From positions 4,996 through 68,995 of the IMG/VR virus record IMGVR_UViG_3300048848_000129: a stretch of 64,000 nucleotides of DNA; one strand, given 5' to 3'. Position numbers and translations under genes: made by a program. Of this stretch, positions 61,493 to 64,000 are shown piece after piece. A model generated the notes under the pieces. That model had not been told where the DNA came from. It made no database searches and worked only from the letters and a program-made list of their open reading frames with translations. Source of the DNA: a virus. Numbering within the stretch: position 1 is the first letter of the stretch; the number at the start of each line of letters is the position of its first letter.

Positions 61493-61747
61493 CTACCGAA
61501 CGTCCGCGATCTCCACAACCGGGAACGCCTGACCCTGGGCTCGCAACCCCAGGGCTGCCGCATGCACGTCCCGCCAATACTTCTGGTACGCAGCGACCGG
61601 CTGAGGCTGGGGAAGAACTTCGCCGCGCGTCAAGGCCAGGGCCGCCAAAGCTTCAACGGTAACCCAGCCGGGGTGCAGTGCACCGGCGGCAGCGAACGCA
61701 AACACTACCCGCCGCGTGTGTTCTTCGTAGCGAGCCTGTGTGTCCAT
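61493..61747 (-). CDS. Antisense cassette 2, family A protein
   Basis: MDTQARY..RRVVF..AAYQKYWRDVHAAALGLRAQG. Confidence 0.7.
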   Translation of the reverse strand: MDTQARYEEHTRRVVFAFAAAGALHPGWVTVEALAALALTRGEVLPQPQPVAAYQKYWRDVHAAALGLRAQGQAFPVVEIADVR

Positions 61748-61829
61748 CAGTCATTGTGGACTGAACCGGGAAACAGACCGGCGGCCGCTGGGCTATCAGA
61801 GAAACACCATGCCGCTGAGGAGCACTCCC

Positions 61830-62474
61830 ATGGGTGACACCCCAACCCGCTACCCATTGGCCTGGCCGGCCGGCTGGAAGCGCACCGCAGCCGTCGCTCG
61901 GCAGGATGCCAAGTTCTCCCGGCTCGACAAGCGCCTCACGGTGGCCGACGGGCTCGGCCGCGTGCTCGCCGAACTGGGCCGGCTCGGCGTGCTCGAGGAC
62001 TTCGTCATCGTGTCGACCAACGTGGAGACCCGGCTGGACGGCATGCCGCGGTCCGGCCAGCCAGAGCCCAAGGACTCAGGCGTCAGCGTGTACTGGCAGA
62101 AGGGCGGGCCCCGCGGCGGCCACGCGACGCGCTGCATGGCTGTGGATCGCTACCAGCGCGTGGCCGACAACCTGGCGGCCGTCGCGGCCACGCTGGACGC
62201 GATGCGCGCGATCGAGCGCCACGGCGGCGCCGCCATCCTGGACCGGGCCTTCACCGGCTTCACCGCCCTGCCCCCGCCCATCGTGGCCAGCATGAAGCGG
62301 GACTGGCAGGTGGTGCTCGAGCTGCAGGGCTTGCTGCGCCCGACGGAGACCGACGTGCAGAAGGCCTACCGTCGGCTGGCCGCCAAGCACCACCCCGACC
62401 GCGGCGGCAAGGTCGGGGCCATGTCTGAGATCAACGCGGCGCGCGACGAGGCGCTGCAGGAGGTCGGGCGATGA
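61830..62474 (+). CDS. Phage J-domain (DnaJ-like) protein
   Basis: GAGGAG RBS; YPLAWPAGWKRT; C-terminal AYRRLAAKHHPDRGG..INAA. Confidence 0.85.
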   Translation: MGDTPTRYPLAWPAGWKRTAAVARQDAKFSRLDKRLTVADGLGRVLAELGRLGVLEDFVIVSTNVETRLDGMPRSGQPEPKDSGVSVYWQKGGPRGGHATRCMAVDRYQRVADNLAAVAATLDAMRAIERHGGAAILDRAFTGFTALPPPIVASMKRDWQVVLELQGLLRPTETDVQKAYRRLAAKHHPDRGGKVGAMSEINAARDEALQEVGR

Positions 62475-62914
62475 CCCTCCAGCTGCAGCCGCGCTTCGTG
62501 CGCCAGGTCGACGCGCCAGGCTATCTCGGCATTGACCGCAACAAGTTCGACGAGGAGGTGCGCCCCACCCTGACGGTGATCCCGCTGGGCAAGCGCGCGC
62601 TGGCCTACGACCGCCAGGACCTGGACGCCTGGGCGGACGCGTATAAAGCGGCCTGTGGACGCCCGGGTCGCAAAGAGGAAGGAAGTGAAATATGCGAACT
62701 CGGACAAAAGGGATCCAGCTCGTCGGATCAGCCGAGCGGATCGTCAACAAGGAGTACCGGGGAAACCGAATCTTCCAGCGCCTTGGCGCGGTCAGCCAGG
62801 ATGAAGCAGAAGCGTGGCTCCGTGCCCGCCAGGCAGAAATCGACGCTGAACACGCCAACCAGCTTCGCCACGGCTCTGAGCGCCTGTGGGCAGCTGCTGC
62901 GGAGAAATACCTGA
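62471..62914 (+). CDS. Putative excisionase (AlpA/Xis-like HTH) with a tail overlapping int
   Basis: PRFVRQVDAPGYLGIDR..F..VRP..YDRQDLDAWAD. Confidence 0.7.
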   Translation: MTLQLQPRFVRQVDAPGYLGIDRNKFDEEVRPTLTVIPLGKRALAYDRQDLDAWADAYKAACGRPGRKEEGSEICELGQKGSSSSDQPSGSSTRSTGETESSSALARSARMKQKRGSVPARQKSTLNTPTSFATALSACGQLLRRNT

Positions 62915-63798
62915 TCGAGTGCGAGCGCAAGAAGGTTCGGACCCTGGGAATGATCGGCAGGCACGTCAAAGACCTGTTGCCCTACATCGGAACGCTACCC
63001 ATGCGGGACATCTGCAGCGAGGCCCTGGAGGACTTCATCGCCGACCGTCAAGAAGACGGCGTGAAGAACGCGACCATCAACCGCACGCTCGAGGTGGTGC
63101 GCACGACAGTCATCCGGGCCGCGCGCGTGTGGCGCGAAGGTGGACGCACGTGGTTGCCGGCGGCGCCGCTGATTGAGATGCTGGACGAACAGGCCCAGCG
63201 CCGGCCACCGTACCCCATCACCTGGTCCGAACAGGCCCGGCTGCTCACGAGGCTGCCCGGGCACCTGCAGGACACCGCCGAGTTCTCACTGAACACCGGC
63301 GCGCGCGACCGCAACGTCTGCGGTCTGCTGTGGGAATGGGAGCGCCCGGTGCCGGAGATCGGCCGTAGCGTGTTCGTGATCCCGCCCGGGCACTTCAAGA
63401 GCAACCGCGCGCACGTGCTGGTGCTCAATGACATGGCTTGGCGGATCGTGGAGCGCCGGCGCGGCAAGCACAAGAAGCACGTCTTCGCGTTCGTGCACCC
63501 GACGATTCCGGGCGCCAAGCCGGAGCCGTTCGGCACGCAGAACAACTCGGCGTGGCAGAAGGCGCGGGCAGATGTCGGCTTGGGCCAGGTGCGGGTTCAC
63601 GACCTGCGGCACACGTTCGGCCAGCGCCTGCGCGACGCCGGTGTGAGCCAGGAAGACCGGGACCTGCTGATGGGCCATGCCAGCGAAGGGATGTCGCAGC
63701 ACTACGCCACGGCCACGCTGGAGCGCCTGCTGGAGGCGGCGAACAGTGCCAGCCGAACCGTGGACCGCACCACCGTGCTTCGGGTGGTGAACGGATAA
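62692..63798 (+). CDS. int: Tyrosine integrase
   Basis: TGAR (R), FKSN (K), HDLRHT, LMGH, HYA catalytic residues; next to a tRNA. Confidence 0.95.
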   Translation: MRTRTKGIQLVGSAERIVNKEYRGNRIFQRLGAVSQDEAEAWLRARQAEIDAEHANQLRHGSERLWAAAAEKYLIECERKKVRTLGMIGRHVKDLLPYIGTLPMRDICSEALEDFIADRQEDGVKNATINRTLEVVRTTVIRAARVWREGGRTWLPAAPLIEMLDEQAQRRPPYPITWSEQARLLTRLPGHLQDTAEFSLNTGARDRNVCGLLWEWERPVPEIGRSVFVIPPGHFKSNRAHVLVLNDMAWRIVERRRGKHKKHVFAFVHPTIPGAKPEPFGTQNNSAWQKARADVGLGQVRVHDLRHTFGQRLRDAGVSQEDRDLLMGHASEGMSQHYATATLERLLEAANSASRTVDRTTVLRVVNG

Positions 63799-63820
63799 GT
63801 CGCGCAGAAAGTCGCGCAGA
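63797..63820. repeat. 12-bp tandem repeat, likely integrase arm-type sites
   Basis: AAGTCGCGCAGA x2 between the int stop and the tRNA 3' end. Confidence 0.65.
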
Positions 63821-63875
63821 AAGACAAAGGGTCACAGACCGAAATCTGCAACCCTTTGAAAACACTAGTGAATTG

Positions 63876-63952
<77 letters not shown>

Positions 63953-64000
63953 AAGCCTGCCATTCTAGCCTGGAAGGGCGGGCGTTCCCGTAGAACGGAG

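Larger units (their letters stand above)
2326..63875. mobile_element. Temperate prophage (podovirus-like, N4-gp56-type capsid) integrated at tRNA-Pro; left boundary uncertain and may lie beyond base 1
   Basis: Complete set of lysis, tail, head, packaging, replication, immunity and integration modules; integrase abuts the tRNA 3' end. Confidence 0.93.

Noticed and set aside
61761-61776. Possible LexA box CTGA-N8-ACAG
   Set aside because: One arm mismatches and the spacer is not AT-rich; could be chance.
60551-61837. 428-aa plus-strand ORF across cassette 2 (and 58744-59613 across cassette 1)
   Set aside because: The minus-strand ORFs show paralogy and, in one case, a strong RBS; the plus-strand translations look random.

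Overview
Almost the whole window is one GC-rich temperate prophage, probably from a betaproteobacterial host (inference from composition and gene content). It is integrated at the 3' end of a tRNA-Pro(TGG) gene (63876-63952, minus strand). From right to left it carries integrase/xis; a plus-strand early operon (annealase-like protein, exonuclease, KTSC protein, C5 methyltransferase, HNH-like protein, J-domain protein); a lambda-like cI/cro switch with six operators; and a minus-strand replication operon (DUF1376 initiator with iterons, DnaB, RusA). Next come TerS/TerL, portal, scaffold and an N4-gp56-like capsid, podovirus-type tail and ejection genes (no tape measure or tube seen) including a 2796-aa polyvalent protein, fibre genes, and a holin/SAR-endolysin/Rz-Rz1 lysis cassette. 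At the left edge a lower-GC SF1 helicase and a coupled 471-aa unknown gene look like defence cargo; the second att site was not found in the window. The most unusual observations are: (1) two genes with their own Shine-Dalgarno sites, one HNH-like, nested in the +1 frame inside the uninterrupted giant gene; (2) a late-promoter motif (GTAGGGTT-N22-[-10]) found six times with invariant spacing; (3) two antisense cassettes built from the same three small-protein families; (4) a ~160-nt structured RNA candidate in the PL leader; and (5) several small genes missed by the ORF track. All product calls come from motifs recognised by eye; no database searches were run.
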